64,000 nucleotides of DNA from Trypanosoma brucei (lineage: Eukaryota), in assembly GCA_000002445.1 (NCBI GenBank), contig CH464491.1, forward strand, positions 160,001 through 224,000, written 5' to 3'. Shown here in pieces: positions 28,702-41,195 of this stretch (positions are counted from its first letter, which is position 1; every line of letters starts with the position of its first letter). The translations under genes and the position numbers were made by a program. The notes under the pieces were generated by a model that saw only the letters and a list, made by a program, of their open reading frames with translations, searched no databases and was not told the DNA's origin.

Positions 28702-29928
28702 ATGGGTGTTTCGCTACCAAAGCCTGTCATGACGCACCTGCGGGAGCGCTGCGGGAATGACATATTTCGTTGCGGCTCTAGTTGCGTTAACGGATACCGA
28801 GAAAGTATGGAAGATGCACATCTCGTCTACCTTCAACCTTCATGGGGGTTCTTCGGTGTTTTCGACGGTCATGTTAACGATAATTGTTCACAATTTTTGG
28901 AAGGTGCTTGGAGGTCTGCCCTTGAGAAGGAAAGCATGCCCATGTCGGATGACCGCATGAAGGAGCTTACTCTCGCCATTGACAAAGAATGGATGGACAA
29001 GGCCTGTGATGGTGGGAGTACGGGTACCTTTTTCGTTGGCATGAAAGAAAACAACACCGTTCATCTGCAGGTGGGGAACGTGGGTGACTCGCGTGTTTTG
29101 GTTTGCGTTGACGGTAAAGCCAGGGCTATGACGGAGGATCACAAGCCGAACAACGCAGATGAAAGACGCCGAATCGAGGAGTGCGGTGGTCGTGTGGAAA
29201 GCAACCGCGTGGATGGAAGTCTAGCTGTAAGTCGGGCCTTCGGAGATCGGGACTATAAGGCAAATCCAAGTGGTGGCCAGCTTTCGCAGAAGGTCATCGC
29301 TCTCCCAGATGTGACTCATGTGGACGTGACTTGGGATAGCAAAGACTTCGCCGTACTATGTTGTGATGGTGTTTTTGAAGGTCAATTTTCCAATGAAGAG
29401 GTTGTGGACTTTATTAAGGAACAGATGGAACAAACGGATGACCTCGGCCTCATAGCCGGAAGAGTTTGCGAAGAGGCTGTCAATCGCGGTAGTCGCGACA
29501 ATGTGTCCTGTGTCATCGTCCAGTTTAAGAGCGGCAAAGATTATGCAACAGCCGAGCACCTGGAGGTAGTTCCCGGACCGTTTTCCGTCCCCCGCAACGG
29601 TACTTTCCGCAAGGTGTACAGTCTCATGGCGGAGAAGGGGGGCATGACAACGCAAGAGGTGCTAGAAAAGCGTTACGACTATCTGGCATCCCTGGAGGAT
29701 AAGACAGCGCATATGGAAGAGTGGAAGGGCTTCAAGGATGGTCCACCGGCGAACCTGGAGGGAAAGGAGCGCACGGAATGGTTTTCTGAGCTCTTCGAGC
29801 AGTACGCAGCGGAAACTCCGTCAGACCCCAGGTCGGACAACATGGAGCGCATCCAAATGCTGCAGCAGCAGATAGGCATTCCGTTGCCCATGTTGCTTTC
29901 CATTATGTCGGGGCAGTCGGAAGAATGA
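28702..29928 (+). CDS. Protein phosphatase 2C (PPM family).
   Basis: The ORF starts at an ATG and encodes 408 aa. PP2C motifs are present: YRESMEDAH, FFGVFDGH, VGNVGDSRVLV, DHKPNNADERRRIEECGG, SLAVSRAFGD and CDGVFE. An N-terminal MGxS signal suggests possible myristoylation (MGVSLPK). Confidence 0.92.
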   Translation: MGVSLPKPVMTHLRERCGNDIFRCGSSCVNGYRESMEDAHLVYLQPSWGFFGVFDGHVNDNCSQFLEGAWRSALEKESMPMSDDRMKELTLAIDKEWMDKACDGGSTGTFFVGMKENNTVHLQVGNVGDSRVLVCVDGKARAMTEDHKPNNADERRRIEECGGRVESNRVDGSLAVSRAFGDRDYKANPSGGQLSQKVIALPDVTHVDVTWDSKDFAVLCCDGVFEGQFSNEEVVDFIKEQMEQTDDLGLIAGRVCEEAVNRGSRDNVSCVIVQFKSGKDYATAEHLEVVPGPFSVPRNGTFRKVYSLMAEKGGMTTQEVLEKRYDYLASLEDKTAHMEEWKGFKDGPPANLEGKERTEWFSELFEQYAAETPSDPRSDNMERIQMLQQQIGIPLPMLLSIMSGQSEE

Positions 29929-29938
29929 GTCCACATGT

Positions 29939-29978
29939 GTGTCTGTGCGTGTGCGTGTGCGTGTGCGTGTGCGTGTGT
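29939..29978. repeat. (GTGTGC)n/(GT)n-type microsatellite immediately after the PP2C stop.
   Basis: gtgtgtctgtgcgtgtgcgtgtgcgtgtgcgtgtgcgtgtgtg is read directly. Confidence 0.9.
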
Positions 29979-30336
29979 GCTTGTATTTCGTGCGACGAAG
30001 GGGGGACTTGGTGGAGGTTACCAGGGTTTATCTATGAAAATGGCACCCGTCGGGAAGTCGTCTAATCGCTGTTGGAGGTATGCAGAGGCAAACAACAAGA
30101 TGATTTCGTTTATATCCACAGGTGTTGCTAGTTGTTTGACCACACGAAGTACCCGGGGGTGTAGCAGCTCCAACTTAATCAACAGCCGAAAATGTGACTC
30201 GACATATTTGTGCGGCCAAGGCCAGTGTGCTTGTATGCTTGCCTTCTGCCATACTTGGTCGTCTCGGTATGCCCGGTTGTATGTATTTAGGCAAAGGTCA
30301 ACTTTATATATGTACGTTTCTCGTAAGGGCGCCTCT

Positions 30337-30390
30337 ATATATGTTATATATATATATATATGTATACATATACGCATATATATATATCAT
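30337..30390. repeat. (TA)n-rich microsatellite block.
   Basis: tatatatgttatatatatatatatatgtatacatatacgcatatatatatatc is read directly. Confidence 0.85.
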
Positions 30391-32838
30391 TTGTTTACTT
30401 TTAAAGAGGATTAAAGATGAGAGGCAAATGCTAAGGAAGGTTGGGGCGACGCTTAGTATTGAGTTTTGGATGACGTGGACAACGTGAATAGAGGAGGTAA
30501 TGTGATTCCCGCCGTGTGGCAACCTGGGATTGTGGCAATCCAAAACTGTGTTTCTACTCACGCAGGAGGAGGGAGGGGAACCGCAGATGGGAGATGAGGC
30601 AACCCGAGCAGTGGCGACATTTTTGATACACTGACCGACAAAACCTCTTGAACTGGAAGAGTAGCGCGAACCGGTGATCACACACTAATTGGAACTCAGT
30701 CATCATTGACCGCGCTTCCGAATGCCCTTTTTTATATGGGTCCGAATTCTGCACTTCCCTGGTTTAAGCTTGTGGTTGCATACAGGCGCATTTTCCCTTT
30801 TATTTCCCGCCCTATTTTTTCACTATTTCGCTGCTGTGTACAGTTTTATCATTCTGAACCGCGCGTTTGATCGCAACCTGTCGTAGTTCATTGTGCCGAC
30901 TATATTGTTGTAGGACCAATTTTTGGCAACAAAACGATGGGAGGAAAAGAGAACAGGTGGAGAAGGAATGCGCTCGACAGTGGGCGCATCAGAGGAGGAA
31001 CTACCACACAAGGTGGTTTGAATGTGGATGGAAACCGTCTCTGTTTGTGGTAGCGAAGGTGCTTCTCCAACGCTTCCTCTACCGTCTGTCACTCACCTTC
31101 TGATATGCAAAAGGGGCAAAAAAAAACACCAATCGGTAGCACATGCATTTTTTTCTTTTAAGGGGGGGGGGAGTCGTAGAGTGTGGCAATGACGTTCCAA
31201 TTTGCGTGATGCCATACCAACACTTCTTTTTTTTTTTTTGCCCTATTGACGCCTGTAAAACCTTTTCGAGGTCACTATGGTGGAAGAAAGGGTGCCGTTG
31301 GTTCTCTTTTCCATGCCACGGGCCATTCGTGATGGAATTGGAACTACCTCCCCTTGAGCGTGCTCCCCTGTCGACTTTGTTGTGACATGCGGTGCCAGAG
31401 TGTGTTAGTGGTTGTTGAACCAAAGAAATATGAAACTACGTGTTTGGACCTTTTAAGATTTTTGTTCCAGCTTAGCTTTTTCGGTCTTTGTTCTCCTGCT
31501 GCTTTTGGTGGCTGTACTGGGGTGCAGAAGTGCGTTCTTTTAGTGTGTTTCTAACCCCCAGAGACCTGTTGTCAGAGAGAGGAAAGAAAGAGCATACACA
31601 TATATCTATATATCTGCATTTATATGTATATGTATATATGTGTGATGACCTTTATGTGTTGTACACACTTAAGCACCGACGCGCAAACGCATGAGCACAC
31701 CCGCGAGGATGGGTGTGGGCTCATTTTACACATGTTGTCTAGGTTAGGTGGTGGGAGAATGGAGGAGGTGAAGGGAAGGGAGGAAGAAGAGGAATGGGAG
31801 AAGCGGTGAGAAAGAGTAAGTGAAGTGTGCTGGAGTAGTAACCTTCGAGAGCATGGTGTGCGACGTTGTGCCTCTTATGCAACATTTATAACTAAGGGCT
31901 TCGTAACTTCCTTTTTGTGTTGGTCCGGTTAGGCCGGTGAGCGGGTGAGAGAATTAACCATGAAAAGGAGAAAACAGGAAGAGGGGAAAAGGAAAAGGAA
32001 ACAGCAAAATATAAGAAGACTCGCTAATAGTGGTACAGAAGTGGAGTGGATTGAATTGTAAAAAGAAAGCAGAAAAGAAAGATGAGAGGTGCTTATTTAA
32101 AAATATGTAATAACGGGAAATGTGCACTCTCTCGTGCCAAAATACTTGTCCTCACCGATACGCACGATGGGCGAGAACGGAACATGAAGATCCTCGGAGG
32201 AAGTTAGGTAGATTAATAATGGGAAGGTTGATGCTCAATAAGAAACGTATGATATGAGAAGCGATGGGAGAAGAAGAAACAGGTAAAGGGGAAAATAATG
32301 GTAACTAAAGGGCTGACTGTCGCGAATGAATGACTGAAATTCAGCAGCTCTGTTTTCGGCTCGTGCGTGGGGGGGGAATGGAGGGAAGGGGTGACGTTGG
32401 CAGGAGGAGGTGTGGAGTCTGTGAGTGCGTGGACCTAACACTGCGCCGTCTGGAGGGTTCGGTATTTCGGTTCTCAATTCTTCGCGCCTTTTTCTTCCTT
32501 GCTTTTCTCCCGTATTTTCTCCCGAAACTTTTGGGGGGATGAGGAGGAGGAGAGTTGGAGTACAGCAGCCTCTTTTGTGCTTCCCTTGCAGTTGCTTATT
32601 GATGTTTTTTGTTTTTGCTGAAGGACAGCCTCCTGAATGTTACAGTTTCCCTTTTGCGTATCACGTCTATCTTGAGAGTGAAACAAATTGTATCTTTGAG
32701 CACCCAATAGTTTTGCGAGGGATATTCCCCAGAGCCTCGTCTTTTGCCTCGTTTTCTTTCCTCTGCATCCTTTTCCTCCACCTGTGTACTTTCCTTTACA
32801 GCAAGGTGTGCGGTGGTCATTTGTCGCTGAGTGTGTGC

Positions 32839-33576
32839 ATGGCGTCAGAGAAGTCACTACAACCTCTGGAACTCCAGTTCACCACGCGTTGCTCCAATGA
32901 CGACACTTCGGAAACGGACGCTCACTGTGTACGAGTATGCCTTGAAGGTGGCGTTGTCTTCCAGTGCCCTGCGTCGATGCTGCGTGAGGGTTGTTTGGCA
33001 ATGTCGGAATTATTTCCTCCGGGGAGCGCCACATCGGGGAATGCGACCGCCGGAGATAACGTGAAGCTACCCGCTCTTTCGATAGAGGGCAGGGCTTTTG
33101 AAAATGTGGCGCTGTATCTGGAGCACTTTTACAACGTACCAGCATCCGATTCCCCCGTGGACTGTGATGCTGCGACCGACCTGAAGGATATTCGTCCAAC
33201 GAGTTTGTCGTGCCCCCTCCAATTCCAGGAGTTGTACGAACTCACGGAGTGGGAACACCGGTTCGTTGTGCAGCGACTACTCATGCTCCCTAGAGAGAAG
33301 TGGTATCTATGTAAGGAGGGGAAATGGGTAGATTTAATTTCAGGAGCGGGGGTAGCACGGGGGATGATGATAGACGTTTCGCATCTCTTGCGTGTGTTAA
33401 ACGCTGCTGTTACATTAGACATTCCACCGCTGCGTTGCCTGTGTGGTGCGGTTTTCGCTAACTTGTTGTTGGATTTGGATGAGGTGGACATGTTGGAGTT
33501 GATGGGTGTCAAGGAACAGTTGGGGCCGGAGGAAGAACAGGCGCTTGTTAAAGCTTACCCGTGGCTAAGCCTGTAG
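32839..33576 (+). CDS. SKP1-family (BTB/POZ-fold) protein of about 246 aa.
   Basis: The first ATG after low-complexity leader sequence is at 32839 (MASEKSLQPLELQFTTRCSNDD...); the track start is a GTG. The N-terminal VRVCLEGGVVFQCPASMLREGCLAMSELF resembles the Skp1 POZ region. The C-terminal ...LLDLDEVDMLELMGVKEQLGPEEEQALVKAYPWL resembles the Skp1 dimerisation tail (FNIKNDFTPEEEE...W). Confidence 0.5.
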   Translation: MASEKSLQPLELQFTTRCSNDDTSETDAHCVRVCLEGGVVFQCPASMLREGCLAMSELFPPGSATSGNATAGDNVKLPALSIEGRAFENVALYLEHFYNVPASDSPVDCDAATDLKDIRPTSLSCPLQFQELYELTEWEHRFVVQRLLMLPREKWYLCKEGKWVDLISGAGVARGMMIDVSHLLRVLNAAVTLDIPPLRCLCGAVFANLLLDLDEVDMLELMGVKEQLGPEEEQALVKAYPWLSL

Positions 33577-34418
33577 CGGCTGTTTGTGTGGTGTACTGGG
33601 GCTCTTCAAAGTCTCCCTGCGGAGCGGGTTGGTGGCGGGAACATACCGTTGGCAACCTGTTTCGGTCACTGTACTTTTTTTTTTTGGGGGGGGGGAATGG
33701 GTGTTGACGAGGCTTCACACGTGTGGCAAAAGCCTACTTGCTCCCGCAGAGGGAGACCTGTGTAGTTCTTCACTTCTGCCTTACCGTACCCTCGCGTTCA
33801 AATGCGTCGTGGCCGCTTAACATGCCTTTTCCTCCGTCTAACCCGTCTCATTTTGAGTTGGGGTGCACTGGAATCCCACATACTGACGAACTTCGTTGTG
33901 GTTTATAGGCGTTTTGTCGAGGTTATTGCACCGCAAAGTCCTATTGCCCAGTCACGGACCGACATGATCGAGTCGGATGGACTTTGGGAAATGCGGGCTT
34001 CGTGTGCGGATCATCTTATGTGTGCCGTTTCAATCTTGTGTTATGTGCTGCTCCGCGGAAGTTCCGTAGGTGTACCAGAGGCATATCTACGTTCTTCCGT
34101 CCTCAGTCACTTCAACACTATATCGAGGGGAATCTCCTTCGTTTTCTTTTTTGCGGGGAACTCCCCGCCCGCTGATATTTCCAATGCTGCTTTTTTCCTC
34201 CCATCGTTTCGATGTGCGGTAGTCTGTGGAGAGATAGGCAATTTTCAAGACAAATAGGAAAGCAACGAGGAACCGATAAGGGATTTGCTTTCGAGGTTTA
34301 ATAGGGCAAATTCAAAAATTATTACTTTTGCGTCGAAGGTTAGTCGACGAGGGAGGTCCGTTTTTTTGTTTCCTTTCCCTATTTTGGTTGATTTCTTCCT
34401 TTTGGAGGGATCGTAATC

Positions 34419-36263
34419 ATGGGGTTTAGCGACGGAGCCGTTGTCAAACTGCTACACGAAATCGTAGGCGATCAAAGTGTTCCCCAAGTGGAACAATTCC
34501 CAAGTTTTGGTGGCCTTCGAAAGCATGATTTCCCCACTCCATTGGTTTTCGTGTTCTGTGGTGAGAGTTGGCCGACTTCTTTACAATCCTGTTCCTTACA
34601 AGAAATGGGAAGTTGCTCTTTCTCCATGGCGCCAGACGACTCACTCACATCACTGCAGCTTGAGCCGCTTTCGATTATTGATGAGGAGGGATCTGCATCC
34701 GGTGACTGCGGTTCGCGAGGGGCTCTGATGACTCGGTTCCAACTGGTGGGCACAGTGTTTGTCATAGAACGTTATCAACTCTTTTCCACGAAAGACTCGG
34801 CATCTAAATCATTTTCAGAAGAATGCAACGAGGTGACTAGGTCGACTGTCATTGTCCGCGTTACGATTGATGCAAGCAGATCTCTTGGTGACCAGAAGGT
34901 TGTGGCTCGCCCAGTGGTGCTCTCGGAGGATGAGGGATTGCACCATGCGTTTTTTAACACCCTCAAACCAGTGGTTCGGTTGAACATGTCGAATTGTGAT
35001 GAAGCTTCCGACAGTAGCGCCACATTTGGTAGTTCACCGAGCGATGCGGAGAGTGGTCAGGGCCTTTCAGGATCACAAAGTAGTGGAGACAGCAACAGTG
35101 ACTGGACTAATGGCCTATCCTATGGAAATTGTGCTGCGGAGCCCACGCCACTTCACCCGAATCCAGTTGATTCGCACCCGGCGCCTGGCACTGTTCATGG
35201 TGATGCCGTGGACAAGGCCTGTGAACCGTCCATTTTTCCAAGTGCATCACTTCCTACTGGTTTCGATCTCCGCCGCGCAACAATTTACAGCATGCTTGAT
35301 CAAGAAGCGTACCAGAACATTGATGTGTACAGGGGTTGGAATAATTTAACCGATGAGTGGAGTGACGTGAGCCGCCCCGCTGTTGTTAACCTCATCGACG
35401 TTATCGTCACCTGTTTGAAGTGTTCACGCGCTGCCGCACATGCTGCTATCTCGTACTTAGACGCCTACGTGGCCGGCGTGGACAACCTGCCGAGGGGGCG
35501 GACTTTCTTCAGCGGCATTGTTCATGCCTGCGCTGTTTTGGGTTGCAAACAGGTGGATCATTTCTTTTCTCCAACCAAGCAGTTTATGGAGTACCTTCGT
35601 TCCTCTTGCCGGATTACTGGGAAGGACTTTGTTCGCTTTGAGCTTGAGGTGCTGGTAAAACTGGACTTCCGCCTGCAGCAGCTTACATCTTTGGAGATTG
35701 TTGAAACCCTCCTGCACCTCTGTGGTGGCGCTGCTATCGAGGAGGCACTGGAGGCACGGTGCCGACGGCGGGAACTGGCTCGTTGGGACAAAGCTGCTGC
35801 GTGGGATGCAGAGAGCACAACAAAGGTTGACTGTGAGGGCACTTTACGGGGCTTGGACCAATGGTTGAAGCTTTGTGACTGTGCTCGCCTCCTTAACGAC
35901 GTTGTTGTGCGTGAGACAAGGTCGACGATGCTCCGTCCCGTCGTTTTAGGCGTTGCAATCGTGGTGGTTGCGGCAAGGTGGGTCGCGTACCGCCTTCCAC
36001 AACCACTGCTTGAATTAGTCCCCACGAGGTTCGCAAGCGCAGCGTGGGCTGATGAGGGGCCAGTGTTGGACGAAATGAGCTTCCAGCTTCTGGTCACCTT
36101 TGCCGAACGCGCGAGGTTGCGTGACGACGATCAAGCCCATTGTGGCATCGGTGAGGAATTGATTACAGGCCTTGAGTTTGTCGAAGAGTGCCTTCGGTTT
36201 TGTGACGGAGGGACTCTGGACGAGGTTCTTCGCCAGCGGTATCGTCACACATTAAAATCATAG
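34419..36263 (+). CDS. Cyclin-like protein of 614 aa with a cyclin-box fold in its C-terminal half and a long Ser-rich N-terminal extension.
   Basis: The ORF starts at an ATG. The cyclin-box-like segment is ATIYSMLDQEAYQNIDVYRGW...AVVNLIDVIVTCLKCSRAAAHAAISYLDAYVA...ACAVLGCKQVDHFFSPTKQFMEYL...KDFVRFELEVLVKLDFRL...SLEIVETLLHL. The MLDQE-type helix and EL-x-VL-xxL-xF-x-L motif are typical of cyclins. Confidence 0.55.
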   Translation: MGFSDGAVVKLLHEIVGDQSVPQVEQFPSFGGLRKHDFPTPLVFVFCGESWPTSLQSCSLQEMGSCSFSMAPDDSLTSLQLEPLSIIDEEGSASGDCGSRGALMTRFQLVGTVFVIERYQLFSTKDSASKSFSEECNEVTRSTVIVRVTIDASRSLGDQKVVARPVVLSEDEGLHHAFFNTLKPVVRLNMSNCDEASDSSATFGSSPSDAESGQGLSGSQSSGDSNSDWTNGLSYGNCAAEPTPLHPNPVDSHPAPGTVHGDAVDKACEPSIFPSASLPTGFDLRRATIYSMLDQEAYQNIDVYRGWNNLTDEWSDVSRPAVVNLIDVIVTCLKCSRAAAHAAISYLDAYVAGVDNLPRGRTFFSGIVHACAVLGCKQVDHFFSPTKQFMEYLRSSCRITGKDFVRFELEVLVKLDFRLQQLTSLEIVETLLHLCGGAAIEEALEARCRRRELARWDKAAAWDAESTTKVDCEGTLRGLDQWLKLCDCARLLNDVVVRETRSTMLRPVVLGVAIVVVAARWVAYRLPQPLLELVPTRFASAAWADEGPVLDEMSFQLLVTFAERARLRDDDQAHCGIGEELITGLEFVEECLRFCDGGTLDEVLRQRYRHTLKS

Positions 36264-39206
36264 GGATAAATTTTTAAGGGTCATCTTTAAGGGAAATGAG
36301 AACATTTTTTCCCTCTCTTTTTGCGTATGTGATGGATGGGGTGATCATTCATAGAAACTTTCAATTTGTTAATTACCAATGTGTGATTCTTCACATGCGG
36401 GTTTAATACTGCGTGCCGTTACACAATTCGTGCGGCCGTTTATATGAATTACTTTATGTTTGTTGGGATGGTAAAGGTACAGTTTTTTTAAAAAGGGAAA
36501 TTTGATATTCGTAATTGGATGAGGGAGGTGTTGAGAGCCGTTTTTAAAACGTGCGCACTCCCACAAATTCACATGCCAGAAAAAAATAATAATAACAGAA
36601 AAATAATGAGGTAAAAGTAGCATGAAGTGAATGAAGACGTCATATGGTAAATAATGGATGGTAAAACATAAACTGACATCATTGAATTTTGTTTTTATAG
36701 GAAGGTGAAAGAAAACATGGGTGTGTTAGAAGGCGAAGGACAGCGGCGTAGCGCTGCATGTTGTATGTGGCATGCAGTTGGTTTGTGGACTTTAGGTTCC
36801 TCCAACTGCTGCTCGCGTAGGGGACTAATGAAGGAGGTGAGATTTTCATTTGCTTTTTTTTTTTATTTTGCCGTGTTTATCTTCTTTTCTACTTTCACTC
36901 CTTTCCTTCTTTTTCTATCGTTTAGGAATGGGGGCCGTGCTATCAGAAAGGAGGCTTTTACCTCATTGAAAGGAATGCACTGACACGCCCCGTTGGTGTC
37001 GATTTTCGTGTTATGGGCCCATTTCCATTTCCATTTTGTTTCCGCTGTTATTATTATTATTTTTATGTTTTTCTTTTTATTTGGAGTGTGCAAGGGAGGG
37101 TAGTTTGTTTGTTTGTGTTATGTTTTGTTGTGTCGTGCTTTTTTTTTGTTTTCTGCTGGTGAGGAACATGGGACAATGTTGAAATATTTCTGTTTGGACC
37201 GCTCCGTAAGAGGCAGTCTCATGTGTGGAGCCCTTTTTTTTTTCCATTGTTTAGGTGAGAAGATGACGGAGAAGAAAAAGTGGTGCACTTCAAGTGGGCA
37301 TTTTAATTCTCCCCCATACTTTTTCCTTTTCCCATATGAAGAATTTTGGTTTTTATTCCCCTTCATTTATATCTTTATTTTTCGTCTTTGTAGTTCTTTT
37401 GAACAAAAGAAAACAGAAAACTTCGCCATTCTCTCGTTGGTTGTGTGCTACTTTTTACTCGAGGTGATTCTTCTTCTTGTACAAGTGCCCGCAACCGTGG
37501 GTGTTTATTTTTCGTACCGTTGACTTTCTTGAGGGGAGAAGCAGAAGAAGAAATGATCCCACTGAGGTGTGGCACTAACGATAATAAAGGCTATAAGAAA
37601 CATGGGAAATAGAACAAGTTTGTGAGACCTTGTTCTCGCTGTGTTTTCTATTCCCTATTTATGCCCTATTTCTATTGTTTCGCGTCACGTTATGATGGTG
37701 ATAGTCCCTTAGGAGTCGATTATGAGGTTGCTGGGCTACACCTCCAGTGTACCGACGGGGCCGGTTGTGTGAAGATGCGGTTATTACCGCTTTGTCAACA
37801 CGCGGCGGTCTTGTGCCTTTTTTTTTATTTCCGCCGGTGTGGTTCCCCTACACTGCATTTTCTGTTGTTTTTTTTCTTCTACCCTCCAGCATTTTTTTTT
37901 TGACATTTGTTTTGTTCTTGGTTTGCCGCGCCACCTTCCCTCCCCCCCTCCGCGTATGTTACAGTGTCTCAAGCCCATGTGCCGTCAAAAAGCCCATTTT
38001 TGTGGCGCCAACAACCAAAACAAGTAACAGAGTGGATGGAAACGTGAGAAACGTGGGAGGACGAAAATATTCAAAAAAGCAGCGCAGCTGCAGGTGTGGT
38101 GGCGCAAACGGGAATTACAGCAAGTTGACATGTGTTATCCCCCCCCTTTTGACTCTAGCATTTCTTTAGCATAAATTTTCATTCATTTTTTCCCCATCAT
38201 TTTTTTGTTCTTATTTTTCAGCCTTTCTTTCCCACGCGGCGCGGTGCCTCAGTGGCCTTTTGTGTGTATCTAGACGCGCAGGCTCTCATTTTGTTGAAGC
38301 GTTATGCGGGGTTGTGGTGAAGGTTCGTTGTTTACCGACGTTCACTTATTTTTCATTTTTCTACTCGCTTATTATTTTTCCTTTCTTTTTCCGTTTTATC
38401 TTTATGCTTTTGTTGTATTTATTTTTCGTTTTTTTCTTTGTTAAAATAATTGTGTGGGTAAAAAAAAATATTTTTTTGCCAGATCTTTCCTCCTTATTTT
38501 TAAAAAAAAAATATGAAACGTATATGTGTGTGTTATATCCGTTTCAGCTTAATGGAGGTGCGGCCGTGGTATGTGTTTTCTCCACCTTGTTCCGTTTCAT
38601 GTGCCGGCGTCATGGGGGTAGAGGTGTAAGGAGAATAGAGAAAAGTAAAGAAGTTACCCCCTAGCCATGAGAGCATTGTGTTAATTCACTTTGTGAATGA
38701 TGCCGCTACATAAAACAGAAAGTCATACGTTTTAAATAGAGAGGGGAGGAAAGTGTGCCACACAAAGGCAGAGTACGTACGCTGCTTTTGTGAGATTTGA
38801 GCGCCTCTACAACCCACTTCTGTTGTATTTCTCGTTACCGTGATGGTTAATGCTGTTAATTTATTGGGTTGCGGCAACGGTCGGCATTTCCTCCACTGTA
38901 ATTATTGAATGAGTGAAGAAACCGCAGGTTCTGTGAGAGTGTTTTTAATAGTAGGAGGTGTAGTGAGCAAAATATTTATGTAGAGTACAAGGAAACTAAT
39001 GTTAGTGAGTGCTGGGTAAGTATATGAATGAACAGGGGGGAGGGTACTGAAGAGTTTTGAGGAGTATCTTTGAAAGGTTATTGGGGATATAAAGGGGCTT
39101 CCTCGCACTTCAGGAAAAAGAGGATTGGAAGCAAAAATGAAGTGAGGATGACGTATGGCGAACTGCTCGCCGTATCTTATGGACACGTTCACGTGTTTGA
39201 CATATC

Positions 39207-39217
39207 GGGGGGGGGGG
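39207..39217 (+). repeat. G11 homopolymer within the long ORF-free interval.
   Basis: catatc ggggggggggg atgcag is read directly. Confidence 0.9.
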
Positions 39218-41195
39218 ATGCAGTATTTTTGTGATAATGGGAAATAAGAATATGAAACGAAGTGAGTGTGGGAGGAGGCATCAGGTCAAAATAGAGGGGA
39301 AGATAAGCTAAATAACTAATGATGAATGTGATTAGACAATGAGGATGGGACGATATCAATACATGTATATCAACTGGGAGACCCTTCTGTGTGATGTGAT
39401 CACTTGGTTGACTGTTTGCCCGTTTGGTGTGTTTTTGCTTTCTGCATGGACAAAGAGAAAAGATGGGGAAAAAAGAAGCCGCAACGCATCTGATATGTCG
39501 TGTGTCATGTTTTTAAGCCACCGCGTCTCTGCAGGGGATGACAGGGGTCAAAAGTACTTGGCGCCGGTGTCTCGGCTGGTCCCCACGGATTTTTCTTTTG
39601 TATCGATCACCTCCCCTCCCTCCCTCTACCTCGCGCTCCGTTTTTATCTGAACCCATTTTTTTTTTTTTTTGAGTTCCCTATTTTTGGGCATACCAGAGA
39701 GGTGAAGGAACGAAAACGAAAACGGCAAAAGCGAGTGATATGCCTGTTGATGAGGGGTCGCTCAGTTTACTGTTTCCTTTAGTTATTACTGGGGAAAGTT
39801 TTTTACTTTGTATTCCGGGGCTTTCGCCTTTTCAGTTTTCTGCTTCCAGTGACCCATTGCCCAGAAGCCGTTCTTAACATTATCAGTATTATCATTACCT
39901 TCTCTTTTCCCGAAGACTGTATTGGTATTAAGTACATTCTTGTGTTTTTTTTTCCTCCTTGCTTACCCCCTCCACTACAGTTACTTCTGCTATCATATAT
40001 ATTTATATATACATATATTGTTGTATTTCCATACATCTCTGCCCTGGCTCTTTCACCTCGAACTCCGTTTTTATCTACGCAAGAAACATTGTCGGTTCGT
40101 TGTCCATTTGTACCTTTTCGGCACGAGAGTCAAGGGGGACTGCCGTGGTTGAAACAGTTGAGTAAGAATGGAACGAAATGGAGAAGGTGATGCGAGAGTA
40201 TATCTTGAAGGGCTACGCGCGTATTGCCGGCAACTACAGAGTGCCAGACTTAAAGAGAAAAAAAACTGGTAGTGCAGACGTTTATACATGTATATGCACA
40301 AAAACACACGTATTTCCCTTCTTGTTTTAAAAAATGCTTGCGTTGTGTATATTTGTATATATATACGTATATACATTTTCCTGAGAGCGTTGTTCCACGC
40401 TAGCGTTCCAATGTCCCCACAATATCCCATGTTCCCCTTTGTTTTATTTGCTTCCTTTTTACTCCATTTTTTGTCAAAGAATTCTTATATATAAATATAT
40501 ATTTTTCAACCCCAGCTTTTTCTTTTGTAAAAGCTGTTATGTTTACCTCACAGCAACTCGTGCGCGGGCGGCCCCTTCTGCAGGCCCTAGTCGCCCGTGG
40601 TTACTTTTTTTTGTTTAACCTACCAACTGTTCCGTAGTTTTGCTTTCTCATTTGTTTCTCCACCTTTCCTTCTCTTTCGCGTGATGTTAACGTCTGTTCT
40701 CTAAGGATATGTATAGTAAGAACAATGGCCCAGGTAACAGCAGCAAAGGTATGAGCAGGAAATGCTCCTTTTGCCATAACCCAACCGCTCAGGAATATCG
40801 CGGCAGTATTAACAAAAAATAAAGCCCTCATTATTGTTCTGTCCAGAAGTTGGCTGTGATAAGTTGTGCAGAGGGGGAAGTGCTCTTGTGTTATATTACG
40901 CATATGTTTGTTTGTTTGTGTGTGTGTGTTTGTGCTAATCCGCTGGTTGTTGAGGTTCTGCTTGACTACATCGCCCCGTTGTTGCTGGTTGTGGATGGGA
41001 TTTGGCGAATTGACCACCTTAAAGGGTGAATATTAGTGAAACAAGATAGTGTTTGAATGTCACTCGTGCCAACTTTTCTTCCAGACCTCTTTGAATTCCC
41101 TTTTGTTTTTTTAAATCCTTCTATTCCCCCTTTTTTGTAAGAGACGAACATAGTAGTTTTGTTGCACTGGCCAAGTGCGGCAGCAAGCGTGACTT

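Noticed and set aside
32425-32838. The N-terminal 138 codons of the track ORF for the SKP1-like gene.
   Set aside because: It starts at a GTG and is Cys/Phe/Leu-rich UTR-like sequence. The in-frame ATG at 32839 gives a protein of SKP1-compatible size.
37113-38664. The ORFs 37113-37523, 37747-38169 and 38260-38664 within the long gene-free interval.
   Set aside because: Their translations are dominated by F/L/C from poly(T) runs (FFFLLFLFF...). This is a typical pyrimidine-tract artefact, not coding.
39311-39420. A possible C/D snoRNA (ATGATGA ... CTGA) in the gene-free interval near 39.3 kb.
   Set aside because: The box-like words are short and occur by chance. I could not find a terminal stem, a D' box or an rRNA complementarity by eye. 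I leave this as a hypothesis only.
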